NCBI GenBank assembly: GCA_965649825.1
Contig: OZ287714.1
Coordinates: 1 to 64,000 of the forward strand
Source: Penicillus capitatus
Lineage: Eukaryota > Plantae > Chlorophyta
DNA length: 64,000 nt
Direction of reading: 5' to 3'
The translations under genes and the position numbers were made by a program. Positions 1 through 10,761 of this stretch are shown here, piece by piece. How positions within the stretch are numbered: position 1 is the stretch's first letter; the number at the start of each line of letters is the position of its first letter. Below the pieces are notes generated by a model. It searched no databases and was not told the origin of the DNA. It saw nothing but the letters and a program-made list of their open reading frames with translations.

Positions 1-284
1 CATCCATCTCGATGCAACCCACAGCTTAGTGGCTCTTACGTCTCTGTTGAGACTACTTCTGGTTCCACGGAACGTCGTTCAATGCGACACCTCTGTGGCG
101 ACCATAACAGTGAAAAAAAACAACTACTACTTCTTCCGGCATCACAGCCGATTCATACTTCGTCGGACAACTTCAAAACTTCTCAGGCTTCGGGCTTTCG
201 CATCCAATTCAACTTCATCAGAACATTCATCGTCGTCACCACAGAAGTGTCTTGGGAAAGTCGCCAGTCTTCAAGGACGGAATT

Positions 285-622
285 TGTAGGACATGTAGCC
301 CTTATCTGCCGTCGTCTAACCACCGGAAGTAGTGAGCCGTAGCATAACCATCCAGGCGCGCTGACCATCGGTCGCGACGGATGCCGGTTCTCAAGCTAAC
401 TTCCTCATAACGTTAGGCATGTGGTTATGCGATATGCACTAGGAGTTCGCAGCTGTTAGACACTAAGGTTAGGAACTCCCGAACCACCACGAGTATTTAA
501 GGCCGACATTTCGCCTTGTGATTATTCCTGTTCACATCCAAGAGAATCTGATTGCGTTTCTGTCGTTCGTTGCGCGAGAGAGCCGACTCTTTCTGAACAC
601 GTTGTTACATCGATTCCCGATA
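285..622 (+). repeat. 5' LTR of the Gypsy element (TG...TA)
   Basis: Starts TGTAGGACATG, ends TTCCCGATA; contains TATA-like TATTTAA; matches 5223-5560. Confidence 0.95.
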
Positions 623-624
623 GT

Positions 625-640
625 TGGTGGACCTCCGGGG
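625..640 (+). promoter_or_regulatory. Primer-binding site TGGTGGACCTCCGGGG, predicted tRNA-Ala primer
   Basis: Begins TGG 2 nt after the LTR. The reverse complement CCCCGGAGGUCCA-CCA gives discriminator A73 and U70, the tRNA-Ala G3.U70 identity position. Confidence 0.75.
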
Positions 641-675
641 CAACAGTCGAACGTTTTCTATCGTTTTGACTGACC

Positions 676-3600
676 ATGCAGATCGAGTCAATTCCCTTTC
701 CACGCTATGATGGACGCAGTGACCCTAGGAGATGGGTCCACAAGATGACCACGCTCTTCCGATTGCAGGAAATCGACGACCTCCCAGGGACGCGCGCTGA
801 AATCGCAATCGCGCTGCTGGATGGACCAGCTGCCGATTGGGCAGAGCTCTATTTTGACGCCGCCGCAAACCTGCATGAGCAGTGGGCGGATTGGAGTCAG
901 GCCTTGACCGACCGGTTCGTACGCGAACAAGACCCGGAGCGTGCGCAGGACCTCGTCCGACATGTGTTCCAGAAGCGCGGGGAAACGCTGGTTGCTTACG
1001 CCGAGCGTTTCATGTTGATGTGCACTAGGGCTCGCCCCGCGTTGGACCATGACCGCTATCACAAATATTGGCTGAGGGGGCTGCGCGACGAACGCGCGGC
1101 GGAATATGCATTCACAGTACTTGCCGCGTCGGGTTTGGCGCCGACCTTTGACCACGCTTTCCGCTATGCAAAGCGCGCGACGGAAGCGAAAACAAACGTC
1201 CGTGGACGGGTGGAGACGGACGAAGAAGAAGATGAACCGGAACTGGAGCTGAGACCCTTGAAACGCGGGGCGACGGTCCGCCGAGGGGACGGAGCCCGTC
1301 GACTTGAGAGCTCGAAGCAAAAAACTACAACCATCGTCGCTGAACAACCGGCGGCGGATGACTCCGACGACGAAGAACTCCGCCAACTCCTCGCCGGACT
1401 GACCAGCCTACTCGCAAAGAAGCAAGAGAAGCGGCGAGCGAGACGCGCCGAAGGCAACGCGACCCGCTTTGTCGAATCCGTATCCGAGAGCGCAGACAAT
1501 GCGGATGTCGAAGCAACCGCCAGGATGGCGAATGGGGATGGACCCCCACCCAGTAAGCGACTCCGAGGCGCGTCGGGAAAGAAAGCGCGAAAGCCGCGCA
1601 AAAAACCCGAGCTCGACCGAGAATGGGCGGACTACGCTGCCCAAGCATGGGCCATTCCACTGCGATTCCTGAAAGGACGCAGCAAACGAGAAGTGTACTC
1701 CCAGGTGATTTTGGCACTAAGGGATGCCTTTGGCTTCACGCCGAAGCCGAAGAAAAAGAAAGCCGAGGAAGACCAGCCCTCCGCGTCGGCACCTCCGCCA
1801 CAGACCGACGTGGAAATGGAGCAACCCGCGCCAGCATCGCCTCCTCAGCAAACCGCCCTCGCTCAGAGGCGAGGTGCGAATGAGAAGCGCTGCAAGGTGT
1901 TCGTGGCGGGGCAGTTCGTTGCCAAAGTGATTGTCGACCCAGGATCGTCCCAGAGTATAATGAACAGTGCTTTCGCCAAACAGCATGGCGTGAAACACGC
2001 GACTCCAAGCCGGGGCACCTTGCTGTTGGCCGATGGATCCGTTCAAAAACCCTGGGGACGCACCGACGAGGTGCGCGTCGACGTCGGCGGAGTAGTCGTG
2101 CAGCAGACGTTTAGCGTTTTGCCAACAAGGAATTCTTACGATATCCTCCTCGGCACCGACTGGCTGCGCACCGTCCATGGAAGGGCCAACTTCGACGACG
2201 GGACTTACACCTTTGGTGTATCGAAGCGCATTGCCGTTGTTCCTAGATGGCGCAAGCTTTACTTCGCCAAGGAGCAACCCCGAACTGTGGAAGACGACGA
2301 CGACGCTTCCGACGCAAGCAGCGAGTCAGATATGGCAGCCGCTCTGGAGGAGTTGATTGAACAAATGCAAGCCCTCGCCAGCGAGAGTGAAAGTGAGGGT
2401 GAAAGCGAGAGCGAAGAAGAATGTTTTCTCGTGCTAAGCGACCAGGTACTGGGAGAACTGCATATTAACCCAAGATTGCAGCCTGAGGTGCTTTCGGGTA
2501 TCCGCTCCCTCGTTGGCGAATACGTAGATTGCTTTGCGTTGACCTTTGAAGACATGGTCAGAACGCCTCTGATGCAATTTGAAATCGAATTGCGCCAAGG
2601 AGAAGTCGCGAAGCGCTGCGGGCGCACGCGACGTTTGGCGCCAAAAGAAACCGAATTCGTGAAAGCCCAGATCGATGAGTTACTCAATGCTGGTCTGATC
2701 GTCCCCTGGGAAGAAGCTGCCAGACGATTCGGCTGCCCAAAGCGCAAGGATCGTTGGCTGTCGCCAATAACTATTGCGCCGAAGAAAGACGGTACCTTTC
2801 GTTTCTGTTGTGCCTACCAGAGGCTCAACGACGCCACTATTCCCGACAAGTTCGTTTTGCCACGGGCGGACGACTTACTCGATCGCGTCATGGGTCACGC
2901 ATGGTACTCGGCCCTAGACGGGTTCAGCGGATATTATTCCCTAGGGTTACATCCCGAGTCCGTAATGAAGACGGCTTTCGCTACAAGCTTTGGCGTCTTC
3001 TGTTGGCTCGTTCTCCCCTTTGGGGTGACGAACGGTCCCGCTGCCTACTCACGTTTAGTCGAGCAAGTATATGGCGGATTGGATCGAGTCGGCGTCTTCA
3101 TCGACGACGTCTGTTGTGCACACCAAGACGAGGCCGGCATCGTGGAAGACTTGCGACGCGTGTTCGAACGCTGTCGCGATGGAGGACTCCGTCTGAAGCC
3201 GAAGAAGTGTTTCGTCGGCTATCAAGAGGTCGATTTCCTTGGTCATCGGCTGTGCCCCGACGGAATGCGCATGGACGAAATCAAAGTCGAGAAAATATTG
3301 AAGATGCCTCCTCCCAAGGACAGAAAACAAATGCAATCCCTCTACGGCATGTTTTCGTACTACCGCCGTTTCCTCAAGAACTTCGCTAGCATAAGTGCGC
3401 CGCTGTCGAGCCTCCTGTCGACGCGTCGGGACTTCGAGTGGACTCCCGAGGCCCAAGGGGCACTGGAGGAGTTGAAGAAGCTCCTGGTCGACGGAGCTGT
3501 TCTAGCAGCCGTTGACGAGGACCTCCCTTTCCTGGTCGACACGGATGCTAGCGCGTATGGAGTCGGTGCCGTTCTGTCGCAAGAGCAAAATGGCGAGGAG

Positions 3601-5115
3601 CGACCGATCTACTTCTACTCTCGACTCCTGAAAGACGCTGAGACACGATACTCTACCACGGAGCGAGAGGGACTGGCATTGGTCGTTGGCTTAAAGAAAT
3701 TCCGCGTCTATGTTCTAGGGCGCAAAGTGGTCGCTCGAACTGACCATGCAGCACTGTCGCACATGCTGCGCAAAACAGACCTAACGGGTCGCATTGCCCG
3801 CTGGAAGCTCATCCTCTCCGAGTACGATGTTCATTACGTGACGAGGTCTGGGGAAAGGCACCGCAATGCTGACGGACTGAGTCGCCTGGTCGACGAAGAT
3901 TTGGCGCCGCGACCAGTCAATAACGAGGGAGAATGCGATGAATGCCCTGTTCTCGTGGCCGAAGAGGTTGCTGCTGCGTTCCAAGCTTGTCCAGAGTATG
4001 CAGAAGCCCTCTTGACAGCCAACGAACTAGGCAGTCGTTTCCGGTGGGGTGAGCGCAATCTCTTCTACGAAGACTTAGATGGCCGACGCAGAATTTGCTT
4101 GCTACCAAGCCAGGTCCGCGCGGTCATCTCCGAAGAACATTGCGTTGGGCACTTTTCCGCTGAAATAACCCTGCAAAGATTGAGACAACGCTACTGGTTT
4201 CCAAGGATGCGCAAACAAGTTCACAATGTCGTGAAGACCTGTCAGACCTGCCAGATGTTTGGCTCAAGACCCCCGATTCGAAGCACCCTCCCCATAGCTG
4301 TAGAAGAACCATGGGAGCTGGTTGAGCTGGATACGGTCGTCGGGCTGCCGGCGACACCTCGGAAGGCTGTTGGATTCGTGACAGCGATCGACTGCTTCAC
4401 GGGCTACGTAATAACTGAGGCATTGACGTCCATGGGAGCAGCGAAGACCCTCAAGTTCCTTGTCAATAAAGTCATTTGCGCTTGGGGCGTGCCGCAGAAG
4501 ATCCTGACGGACAACGGGACAGAGTTTCGAGGCGTTTTTGGCGAGACAGTGAAGAACCTGAAGATCGAGCACAAATGGTCTACACCACGTTACCCACGTA
4601 GCCATGGCAAGGTCGAGAACGTGCAGCGTCTCCTACTCGACCGCCTGAGGAAGTGTCCGAACCCGCGAAGCTGGGATGAAAACCTTCCGGCCGCGACCTT
4701 CGCCGTGAACGCGCGTCGAGGCAAGTTCCTGTCACCACTCGAACTTCTTACAGGGGTCGTCCCGAAAAGCCGCACAGAAGTGGATCTGTTGTCCGGCGAA
4801 CCTAGAGGTAGTGCAGAGCCGCTACAATCCGCCCTCGCCGATCGTCTGACGAACATGGCGCTCTGCCGCGAGCAGTTTCGTGACTCGTCTAAGAAGAGCC
4901 GCGAGTCCTGGACCAAGGAGGCTGGTATGCAGCGTATTGATCCCGGAACGGAGGTCCGTGTCTATCGACTTGAAAACCACGGAAAACTCGAGGCGACGTT
5001 CGAGAAGGGTGTCGTGACGTGGTGGGGGAATCAAGGAGCTTGCAAGGTGTTAGTGGGTGGCCGCGTGAAGAGAATGCCGCAGTTCTGTGTGAAGCCGTGG
5101 ATCGCTTCCCAATAA
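676..5115 (+). CDS. Gag-Pol polyprotein (capsid-type Gag, aspartic protease, RT, RNase H, integrase), 1479 aa, intronless and uninterrupted
   Basis: Gag (FPRYDG..W...QKRGETLVAYAERF..WLRGL); protease IVDPGS...ILLGTDWL; RT FRFCCAYQRLN, LPFGVTNGP, FIDD; RNase H VDTDAS..YSTTEREGLA..RTDHAAL; integrase H-H-C-C zinc finger and LDTV/TDNGTEF/GKVEN DDE. Confidence 0.97.
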   Translation: MQIESIPFPRYDGRSDPRRWVHKMTTLFRLQEIDDLPGTRAEIAIALLDGPAADWAELYFDAAANLHEQWADWSQALTDRFVREQDPERAQDLVRHVFQKRGETLVAYAERFMLMCTRARPALDHDRYHKYWLRGLRDERAAEYAFTVLAASGLAPTFDHAFRYAKRATEAKTNVRGRVETDEEEDEPELELRPLKRGATVRRGDGARRLESSKQKTTTIVAEQPAADDSDDEELRQLLAGLTSLLAKKQEKRRARRAEGNATRFVESVSESADNADVEATARMANGDGPPPSKRLRGASGKKARKPRKKPELDREWADYAAQAWAIPLRFLKGRSKREVYSQVILALRDAFGFTPKPKKKKAEEDQPSASAPPPQTDVEMEQPAPASPPQQTALAQRRGANEKRCKVFVAGQFVAKVIVDPGSSQSIMNSAFAKQHGVKHATPSRGTLLLADGSVQKPWGRTDEVRVDVGGVVVQQTFSVLPTRNSYDILLGTDWLRTVHGRANFDDGTYTFGVSKRIAVVPRWRKLYFAKEQPRTVEDDDDASDASSESDMAAALEELIEQMQALASESESEGESESEEECFLVLSDQVLGELHINPRLQPEVLSGIRSLVGEYVDCFALTFEDMVRTPLMQFEIELRQGEVAKRCGRTRRLAPKETEFVKAQIDELLNAGLIVPWEEAARRFGCPKRKDRWLSPITIAPKKDGTFRFCCAYQRLNDATIPDKFVLPRADDLLDRVMGHAWYSALDGFSGYYSLGLHPESVMKTAFATSFGVFCWLVLPFGVTNGPAAYSRLVEQVYGGLDRVGVFIDDVCCAHQDEAGIVEDLRRVFERCRDGGLRLKPKKCFVGYQEVDFLGHRLCPDGMRMDEIKVEKILKMPPPKDRKQMQSLYGMFSYYRRFLKNFASISAPLSSLLSTRRDFEWTPEAQGALEELKKLLVDGAVLAAVDEDLPFLVDTDASAYGVGAVLSQEQNGEERPIYFYSRLLKDAETRYSTTEREGLALVVGLKKFRVYVLGRKVVARTDHAALSHMLRKTDLTGRIARWKLILSEYDVHYVTRSGERHRNADGLSRLVDEDLAPRPVNNEGECDECPVLVAEEVAAAFQACPEYAEALLTANELGSRFRWGERNLFYEDLDGRRRICLLPSQVRAVISEEHCVGHFSAEITLQRLRQRYWFPRMRKQVHNVVKTCQTCQMFGSRPPIRSTLPIAVEEPWELVELDTVVGLPATPRKAVGFVTAIDCFTGYVITEALTSMGAAKTLKFLVNKVICAWGVPQKILTDNGTEFRGVFGETVKNLKIEHKWSTPRYPRSHGKVENVQRLLLDRLRKCPNPRSWDENLPAATFAVNARRGKFLSPLELLTGVVPKSRTEVDLLSGEPRGSAEPLQSALADRLTNMALCREQFRDSSKKSRESWTKEAGMQRIDPGTEVRVYRLENHGKLEATFEKGVVTWWGNQGACKVLVGGRVKRMPQFCVKPWIASQ

Positions 5116-5222
5116 AGTCGTCTTGTGCCCATTGATTCTACCTTTCCCTAGGCAAGGCTGTTTTCCTTTTCGTTGTGTCACTTAAACGTCGGGACGAGAC
5201 GTGTTAAGTGAGGAGGAGTCAT

Positions 5223-5560
5223 TGTAGGACATGTAGCCCTTATCTGCCGTCGTCTAACCACCGGAAGTAGTGAGCCGTAGCATAACCATCCAGGCGCGCT
5301 GACCATCGGTCGCGACGGATGCCGGTTCTCAAGCTAACTTCCTCATAACGTTAGGCATGTGGTTATGCGATATGCACTAGGAGTTCGCAGCTGTTAGACA
5401 CTAAGGTTAGGAACTCCCGAACCACCACGAGTATTTAAGGCCGACATTTCGCCTTGTGATTATTCCTGTTCACATCCAAGAGAATCTGATTGCGTTTCTG
5501 TCGTTCGTTGCGCGAGAGAGCCGACTCTTTCTGAACACGTTGTTACATCGATTCCCGACA
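5223..5560 (+). repeat. 3' LTR of the Gypsy element (TG...CA)
   Basis: Starts TGTAGGACATG, ends TTCCCGACA, followed by TSD GAATT. Confidence 0.95.
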
Positions 5561-5710
5561 GAATTCTATCGCCGGAATCTTCGTAAACTGAGTCTATCTT
5601 CACGTTCTTCTAAAGCGCAACAATTGCTTCTTCGGTCGGCGAATTCTCTCAGTCCGAGGAGCGAGGAGGAAAACTACCGCCCATACAGCAACCTCGTGCC
5701 TCGTCCGCTC

Positions 5711-5987
5711 GGCTCCGAAACCATGTCAGCGCCTCGACGCTCGGACGCGCAGAAACGCGCTTACGACGAAGGCGTATCGATTAAACGAAGACTGTTAACA
5801 ACAGTTTATCATCAAAGTTGTTTCTACATAGGCATCTGTGCTATTTACACCGAAAACGCGAAGATCGCGGCGAAACACAAAAACCTAGCGAAACTTGTTA
5901 AAAGGAACGCTCTTCAGATTTTCGCGACAATTTATCTTTCCATCATTCTGTCACATCCGTCTCTGTCACGAGCATCTGTCGCTCACA
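5711..5987 (-). mobile_element. Putative 5' LTR (5724-5987) plus PBS (5711-5723) of an older minus-strand LTR element into which the Gypsy inserted
   Basis: On the minus strand a 264-bp segment runs TGTGAGCG...CGCTGACA (imperfect terminal inverted repeat) directly followed by TGGTTTCGGAGCC, the same 12-mer PBS as the element at 32897. The partner LTR would lie left of the window. Confidence 0.45.
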
Positions 5988-6057
5988 GCATCCAGCGCCG
6001 CCGTTGACTGACTTCTTTCTTTTCTGTTGCCTTGAAGTGGGCATTGACCAAATCATT

Positions 6058-6310
6058 TGTTGCCAAGTTTTGATTGGCGATGTGACTGCTTAGATTTTCC
6101 AGGGTTCTGTCTCCGAAGGGGTAACTTATTTGAGGTTTACGTCATCTAGGGTTCCTTTCCTATGCTCTGCTGTGAGAGGCGGGTGACTCACCTGTCCAAT
6201 CACCTTTAGCACACAAATATGGGAATGTGAACTCGAAGACACCTTTTGCTCTGTAAACGTAGAAGCCTCCTCTGACACATATCTCTTGTGATGGTGAGGT
6301 ATTTGTTGAA
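6058..6310 (+). repeat. Decayed solo LTR related to the LTRs of the 32897-34721 element
   Basis: Collinear shared blocks TGTYGCCAAG, TTGGCGATGTGACTGC, GGGTGACTCACCTG and TTGCTCTGTAAACGT(G)AGAAG. The 253-bp interval is flanked by TCATT on both sides (6053-6057, 6311-6315), but the right end lacks CA. Confidence 0.6.
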
Positions 6311-6816
6311 TCATTCCTTCTCTGCCTTTCATGACCATGAAATTATTCACATGGCTATCACTGTCCGTTTTCGTTTTCTTGCCAGACAAAGTCACCTTAT
6401 GTAAATTGAGATATAAGACTCTTTCGGGAAACAGGGCAAGCGACTTCTGGTTTGGAGAAATTGTCGGTGTCCGTTCTCACGAACGTGAATGCGTTGCTTA
6501 CAATGGCCGACAATCCCCAAGTCCACAGAAACCTCTTCTTTCTTCTCTTGCGTCTTAGGGAGTCTCTGTCGCAGCATCTCATACAGAGAATCTTTCACTT
6601 AGTCTCTCTCGTGGAAACTGATCTCAATTGCTTCCTTCCATTCGATCTAGTCTTTCTCGATTTCCTTCAGTTCAGTGTGTGTTATGCAAACGGTCGTCGT
6701 TTGTGAAAAGATTATTGCTCATCGCAAGAATTTTCGCTTCTTTGCCGTTTCATATAACTCGAGGGTTTTCCCAATTCCTGGTGATAGAGACAACAGATCT
6801 CTGTCATTGCGACGAA

Positions 6817-8722
6817 ATGTCGTCCGATGGAAGGCAAGACGTGTTGAGACCGTTGTCGCGGTCGGGTCTGAAATCGGCCAGTCAACGCACACGACCACGG
6901 ACGCAAAGCACAAGTGCCTGCGATCTGTCCACTCAAGTCGTCGAAGATGTTGCCGAACACTTAAGGAATGCCATTCATCAACGAGAGGTCGACACATACG
7001 ACTGATGTCCGACTCTGGCGTTTCTCCAAATCTAGGGCGAAATCGAATTGGCGTCAAGAGAGCTCGAAAGTAGAAAGAAGCTCTCCGCGGAAAACGAAAA
7101 AATCGTTCAGGATAACCGTCAACGCGAATCTCGACTGGCCATTCTCTCCGCGACGCTCGAAAAGGCATCTTCACGTATGGCGCGATCGCCGTTCTTGACA
7201 AGACGTTTGTCTTCTGCAGTGTCTATCTCGTGTATCCCCTGAAGAATTTCGCAGAGAAGTGGAAGGACACGAGCAGCACAACGAAAATCTAAAACGTACA
7301 CTTCAGGTTCTGTCTGGCGACATCAAAGAAAACAAACAACGGGCCTTGCAAGTTATCTACCATCCATGATGGAACCCGAGTGTCTCGCGGCGGTTGTAGG
7401 CCGAAAGGTCCATCCAAACTCAGAAAACGCGATACAGCGAGACAACAAAAGAGAGTGAGTGTCCACAGCTGTCTTGTTTCCGGAAGAGATAGTCGGTCGT
7501 TAGCTGTACAGCTGGAAGTGCTGACGAGGCGTCGACGCGTATTGATGCAAGAACGTCACAGGTGAAGCGACGACCCAAACGTCTGTCGTTAGAGTTACAT
7601 CCCCTTTTCCTGACGCACAGATTGCGGTCTCTAGTACGTTGTGGAGAAAGAGAACTCCGGTATTGTCCGACGAAGCATGAAGCGTACCGCGACTTTCTAT
7701 TAAACCTCGATAGACGGCAGCCTCGGCATGGGGCCATGCTGCACGATTCGGGTGCTTTTCCCGATATCGACGCCAGAATCGCAGAACGGGCGCGGGAGAT
7801 ACTCCATCGTCGGCAACAGGTGCGCTCGTCTCCCTTGACTTGTTTCGATTCATCGATCTACCTTTAGCGATTTTTAATCGAATCGCCGTTTGTACAATCG
7901 AAGAGCGATGTCCGAGAAAAGCGCACGGGGTTCTCTTCGATGAACATTTTCTTCCGGAACGGGAAAACGTCGGTTGTAGAGATCCACATGAGCTGCAAGA
8001 GATGAAGGAATATCTGCAGCAGTTTGAAGAGATCAAAGATGACCGACTGGCTGATCTCCATCACGAATCGCAACGGATTCTGTCTCTGTTGGACAGCTGG
8101 AAAAACCGCATGACTCTGAAAGAGCTCTTACAGAAACTCTGTGTTAATCAGGTCGTGCGTCCACTTGCTCAATACAAAGCTGATGCTCATGCTTTCTCCA
8201 GGACACATGTGGACATGAGTTCATCGAACGCAGTCTGTCGGATCTTCAACAGAAGGAATCCGAACTGCGCAAAGTCGACGTTCTTGAAGAAAAAATAAAC
8301 AATGAACTGGCGTCTCTTAAAGGCCAGATGCATTCCCTTAGCGAATCCCTTGAAAAAGATCGACATCACCACGAACGGCTCGTCTCTGAAATCCAATCTT
8401 TAAGAGAAGAAGAGGTGAACCACAGGTCAACAAGTATCCGTTTATCCTCTCATCTTTTTGCATGCATGGATAGGATGGCGCTCAGAAACGGAAGGCTGAG
8501 TTCAGAGAGCGTCTCCGTGCAGCAGAAGAAGAATGGAAGAGACATGAGCAATGGGAGGAACTCCTGTCGCTCTATGAAAACCAACAAGAGCTTCACAGCC
8601 GTGTCGTGATGTTGAAAGAAGACCGATCGTGGGAGAATGTTCAGATGGCCAAAGAAAATGCCTTTGCTCTTCTCACAGACTTAAACTCGAAATTGCAGTC
8701 CACTGTCAAACTGGATGGCTAG
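6817..8722 (+). CDS. Uncharacterised multi-exon coiled-coil protein
   Basis: Exon chain with GT-AG introns of about 50 nt giving heptad-rich segments (LSDLQQKESELRKVDVLEEKINNELASLKGQMHSLSESLEK; AEFRERLRAAEEEWKRHEQWEELL). Family not recognised; start codon uncertain. Confidence 0.6.
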
Positions 8723-8892
8723 ATCCATACATTACAGCCAGTGAGTGGTCAGCCAAGATCACTGTCCTCTTCTCTGACTCAGTAGCAACCAACATCAAAA
8801 CACCGCCATAGCTGAAATGTTTGTCAAAAAATCTCAAAAAATATACAAGAAGAGCACGAAGAGAGAAGACGTCTATGTGCCTTTCTTCTGGT

Positions 8893-9752
8893 TTAAAGTC
8901 GATTGAGATGTTGCGTAAGTTCTCTGATCAATGTCGATTTTGAAGGACCCAATGCCATCACTGTTTTGAGAGATGAGCCATCGGATTGCTTTTCGTTAAA
9001 GGTGTGACTGACCACACCGGCTGCCGAGGCTCTTGTCTTGAGCGATGTCAACTCGCGTTCACTTTCTGCCCTGAGCACAACCACCGTCATGCCATTGCGC
9101 TCCTAGATTCCGAATCCCCACCACTGTCTTGTTGGCCATCGATCAAAAACACCTTACCCATTCTTTGAGGTCTCGGTCCTTCTGCTTGTAGAGTTTCTTG
9201 AATTCCGCTAGAAATGCACGACAGCAGTGTATAATGACCTTTCCTCGTGCCTAGAGAAGCACACATGAACTTCACAGCTGTCACATCATGCAATGATGAA
9301 GGTACGGGTACCAGTCCGCAATCCTTGCGCACGATGAGAGCACATCGATAGATATCTCCACCGTTGCCACCAGGACTGCCCCTCTCAGAGACTTCATCAA
9401 AAGACAGAGTAGAGATCAGACTGGTTCCGCTATTCACTCGGGGCAACTCCCTCTCAGCAGCAAAACAGGAAATCTGAATCTCCTGTTTTGCGTCGCATTT
9501 CTCAAAAGGAGAGGAGCGTTCGTAGCGTCTAGCCTTTCTCGAACCGAAAAGATACCCCGAGCAGAAGAGAAGACATCCTCCCGCCAGTAACGATCCGGGA
9601 ATAATGATATACTTCGTCAATGCGTCGTTTGTTAAGAGTGCATTTGAGAGGACAGGGGTCATTTGCGGTCTTCGAGTGACCGTGTGTGTTTGTGCAGCTG
9701 TAATCCAGTGCTTGAGAGCTAAAGGTTCCACAAATCCCGCTGTGCTTGCCAT
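8893..9752 (-). CDS. PTH2-fold (peptidyl-tRNA hydrolase II-like) protein with N-terminal TM segment; active-site motif degenerate
   Basis: Spliced sequence YRCALIVRKDCGL|ARGKVIIHCCRA...W|ERNGMTVVVLRAESE...KTVMALGP...IRELTQHLNRL follows the PTH2 layout; two introns; hydrophobic stretch YIIIPGSLLAGGCLLFCSGYLFG. Confidence 0.7.
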
Positions 9753-9962
9753 CCGGTCTGACGTCACGTCGCGCCGAATGTTGAACATCTTCGACGTTTT
9801 GAGGCACATTTCATCGATTCTGTGATTGTTGTTAAAGGGGGCTCGACCTGGTTGCGTCGAGTAGCGTCTCTCGTCCAGTCATTTGTCGCGGCTGCTTCTG
9901 TTGTTGCTTTCACGCGACAGACATTTCACAATAAATCTTGGCCTTTCCTTTCTGTCGGCGAA

Positions 9963-10761
9963 ATGGACGGTCCGTTCTCGAGAGAACGAAATCCGTCTTT
10001 CGACTACGCCAACGACAACGGATACGGAAGGCCTCAAACGCAAAGAAAAGGATTTCGAGGAACGGAAGAAAACGCAAAAACGAAGCTTTGTATGAGGTGT
10101 TTTCGATCCGCCTGAGGGCATCCTTACCGTGTGCGATGTAGGTGGCTGGCTGGGGACTGTCGCTTCGGACCACGATGTAATTTTGCACACGGAGAGCACG
10201 AATTGCGCAAGATGCCGCCGAAACCAGGACGATACAGCCAGGATACGCGAGAAAGAGAGATAGAAAAAGAAATGGCTTCAGTAGATGCGCCTGCCTATGG
10301 CTACGGCAGAGCTTCATTCGACGGTGGATATCGAACGATGGCCCATGGTGGTTCTGTAAGTATCGCTATTCTTGTACATCATGTCAAAGAGTGATGAGGG
10401 TTTTACTGCTTAGAATATGTATCCTGATTACTACGGTGCTGCCGGTGGGGGTGGAACTGTGTATTCGAGTGGTCATGGCGGTGGCTATCATGGGCATCTG
10501 TATGCAGCTGGATCTCCAGGTATGGGCTATGGGGGTCCATCCCCAACGATGGTTCAGCCATCTGGCCCTCTGCATGTGGCTGCCGCCGCAGCCGCCACTG
10601 CACCGAGTGTCCGAGAGTATTATCCGAATGCACACTATCCAGTGATTGGCCCGAATGGATGGATCATGTATCGAGATCCGAAATCAGGCGAGCCATACTA
10701 CCACAACCATCAGTTAACCATCACACAATGGAAACGTCCGGACGAATGGCCACTCCCTTGA
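9963..10761 (+). CDS. CCCH zinc finger + WW domain RNA-binding protein
   Basis: CRWLAGDCRFGPRCNFAHGEHEL (CCCH); Gly/Tyr-rich linker; GWIMYRDPKSGEPYYHNHQLTITQWKRP (WW). Confidence 0.8.

Larger units (their letters stand above)
285..5560 (+). mobile_element. Full-length Ty3/Gypsy LTR retrotransposon, very recent insertion
   Basis: 338-bp direct repeats at 285-622 and 5223-5560, identical by eye except the penultimate base; 5-bp TSD GAATT (280-284 and 5561-5565); PBS at 625-640; purine tract 5206-5218 before the 3' LTR; single gag-pol ORF in PR-RT-RH-IN order. Confidence 0.97.

Noticed and set aside
82-6007. Removing the Gypsy plus one TSD copy joins ORF 82-284 in frame to 5566-6007 (about 215 aa), suggesting a disrupted host gene
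   Set aside because: No recognisable motif, non-protein-like composition, and it runs across a putative minus-strand LTR; more likely a chance open frame.
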